A stretch of 34,633 nucleotides of DNA from Licmophora abbreviata (Eukaryota), in assembly GCA_900291995.1 (NCBI GenBank), contig OLMU01001691.1:1-34633 (forward strand), written 5' to 3'. The first letter of the stretch is position 1, and each line of letters opens with the position of its first letter. The notes beneath the pieces are model-generated. The model ran no database searches, was not told the origin of the DNA, and saw only the letters and a program-made list of their open reading frames with translations. Shown here piece after piece: positions 32,064 to 34,633 of this stretch. A program made the position numbers and the translations under genes.

Positions 32064-34250
32064 CTATCGTTTCATTGCTAGCAAGTGGGCTCCGCCAGCT
32101 GCGATCCGTATGGCAGCGTCACCACCAGTTACATCACAAGTCGGCGGAGCGACTATTCGGGCACCAGTCACGCGGGAAAGCTCCAATGCATCATCGTCAT
32201 GACCTGTAGAAAGGTTGCCATGCTCGTTCCAGCCACACCCCCACAGCTGACCTTTGGTGTCGACAACCATGGTCGATTCCGATCCAGCCGCAACAGTCTC
32301 GATGTGGAACTTGTCAAAAAGTTGAACAGGGCAACCAACGGAATCTGTATCCCCCGTGCCCAGCTGTCCCTTATCATTTCGACCCCAGCCATAGACCCTT
32401 GCAGATCCATCATTGGATCGAGTCAGAGCAAGTATGTGGGACCAGCCACTGACAATCCGGTAGCACAATGACGTCTGTTGCCCCAACATTCCTTCCACAA
32501 GACTCGGTGATTCATCGTACTTCACGCCTTCTCCGGTATGCCTCCCAAGTTGTCCATATTTGTTCTCCCCAAGCGTCCATACCCGACCAGCTTCATCCAA
32601 AACGGCTGTGTGGCGACGACCGCATGCCACCTGTAGAAGACGAGTTCCGTCCTCGGGCTTCCATCGCCCTGTCCACACTTCCGGTCGCTTCTCAGCATGC
32701 GATGACACGCATTGCCCAAACCGCCCACAGCCAAACGTGACGAGTTCCCCAGAAGATGTAATAGCTGCCGAATGGAACAGCCCTGCCGCGACATCAACAA
32801 ACGCTTCTTCCTTGGCGAAGGCAGGAGTGATCGGCTCCGTGATGCATTCCGACAGTGTCGAACCGTCAACTTGTCCTCGCCCATTGTCACCAAAGGAGAA
32901 CAGTCTACCAGAAGACCTTTCAATCACCAACGTATGAGAGAAGCCCAAGGCTGCATGTTCAACCTCCATGTCTTTTAGCTTCGATATAAGGGGAAATGTC
33001 GATGCGCCGAAGGAGGTACCGCCCATTTCGCTCACGCCCAATTGACAACGATCGTTCCATCCCCATAAATACAACCTGCCCTGGTCCGTCAGAAGCCCAC
33101 TATGACCTCCTCCAGCGTAAATTTCTTTCGGTTGCTCGTTTTGATCACTCTTGGGTGTCATCACCACCAGCTCTTTCAGTTCGTACGCATCTTCTCCATT
33201 CACAAGACGAGTTTCGTTGTCTTCCGACGCCAGCAATAGCTGGTTGTGTTGATTGGAACCACTACCAAATAAGAAAAAGAGCTGATGCTGCTGGAACGTT
33301 TTCGCCATGGTAGTTAAAATTCCCGTGTCGGAGTCCCCGGTATGATCCTGTAGAGCTCCAGCAGCTGCGCGCGAGGACTCGGCAGCCTCCTGCATAAAGT
33401 CATTGAGATGATAGAGATAGGCGAGGTTTGGGCCGCTGGGTCCCTTTGATACCGACATGATGGCTACGAAAGCGTAAAATGACACAAGAAGCAGAAGCGA
33501 TGAGTAAAAGGTCAACCCAATTGTCGGCTACTAAGCCGACGTGCTTACCAGCCGCAAAGGGAAGGTCCCGGATCGCACGGGGCCAAAAGGCGGGATTGTC
33601 AGGTGTGCCACGATACAGCAGCGCCTTCACGGACTTGCCGCTCTCGTCTTCGACCACATCAATCACGTCACGAGCGTAGCCCTGGGTGAATAGTTTTAAG
33701 GTGACATGAGTATCAGTCGTCGAAATAGGATGGCGCATCGTGGACGAGAGTCGACAGTCAACAAAGTCGATTCGCTATCACGTACCCCCTTCTCCCGAAA
33801 ATCCAATTCGGTCAGACATTCGTCTACCAAAACGGGAGGTACCGTATAAATGAGTCCCTCCGTCATGGTAGGCCTCTTTGCTTCGTTGTGAGTGTCCCCT
33901 TTTACCCCTAGTACTTCATCGTCACTCAAAAGCGTACATACGATCCCCGGAAACGTGGCCGTCCCCCGATGATCGGCACTCTTCTGTGCCCAACAACGCT
34001 TGTAACCCCTTGCTCTACCCGGAGTCGTTGCGACACCCTCTGCCGCCAATGCTCCACTTCCTGGGTTCCAACACAAGGACCCGTAACCAAATATGCGGAG
34101 ATAGCCATCGTTTGTGTCCAGCATACGCTGTATCTCCTCCGAGTTGGCAGCGGGCACGACGCCATTGAGGTAAATCTGTTGTTCAGGGCACCACGTCGGT
34201 ACATTTTCACGCTCTTCCATCGTTTCTGTACTTTTCACCGAAGTCATCAT
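32064..34250 (-). CDS. Fusion of ChaC glutathione-specific gamma-glutamylcyclotransferase and an RCC1-repeat beta-propeller; exons 34250-33786, 33681-33549, 33463-32064 (about 665 aa)
   Basis: ChaC motifs IFGYGSLCWNP, QKSADHRGT..FPG.V.TL, LDFREKG|GY and GPSGPNLAYL. About seven RCC1 repeats follow (AGGGHS..WGWNDRCQLG; LGFSHT..FGDNGRGQ; AGLFHS..FGCGRFGQ; CGRRHT..GENKYGQLG; SGWSH..WGRNDKGQLG; AGSEST..GWNEHGNL; AGGAH). GT-AG introns of 104 and 85 nt. Confidence 0.88.
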
Positions 34251-34633
34251 CGATCGAAATGGAAGATGGTGCGGCACTGTAGACGGGAACCAGCCGAAGC
34301 AGCAGCACGTAATACTGCTCTGAGCCAGCCGCAGAGCGGTCAACCAGAAGAACCGGCGGACGACGACAGCAAAAGGCAAAATTTTCAATCAATCAAGGTC
34401 AACTCACACGGATCGTATTCACCGCAGCCTCAAGACTACACTGTGGTGATCTATGGGTGCGCCAGAAATCGGAAGTGTCGGTCGCAAGCAACAGCTTGTC
34501 GTCGAGTTCATCGGCAATCGACAACGAAAAACTCATCGCACGGCGCGCCTTTTTTGGCTGAGATCTGATGTGATGACGTCGATTGACGTTTCACCGGACT
34601 TTTTGATGTGTCTCATCTAGGACGAAGACCGCG

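Overview
Gene-dense eukaryotic nuclear DNA (about 50% GC by eye, short 61-136 nt GT-AG introns, mostly head-to-head or tail-to-tail genes). The gene families suggest a diatom or other stramenopile (inference). I can support 15 protein-coding loci: a 5'-truncated DUF829/TMEM53-like hydrolase, a Tim44-like mitochondrial protein, RPB2 (4 exons), an SNM1/PSO2 nuclease with a C-terminal UBA and PIP-like tail, an At5g03900-like membrane protein, a Cys-repeat secreted/GPI-type protein, PGAM5 (apparently damaged), an AAAP amino acid transporter, a secreted alpha-carbonic-anhydrase-like protein lacking two Zn ligands (4 exons), an ankyrin-like/coiled-coil protein, RPC1 (4 exons), an SMP-domain membrane protein (5 exons), a small conserved protein, a GH18 chitobiase and a ChaC-RCC1 fusion (3 exons). 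I recognised no tRNA, rRNA, CRISPR array or transposase. The most notable items are the ChaC-RCC1 fusion, the PGAM5 lesion, the pseudo-CA, the SNM1 and SMP architectures, and a repeat- and palindrome-rich 1.2 kb spacer at 16.5-17.7 kb. All family calls come from motifs recognised by eye and all splice models were built by hand. No database searches were run.
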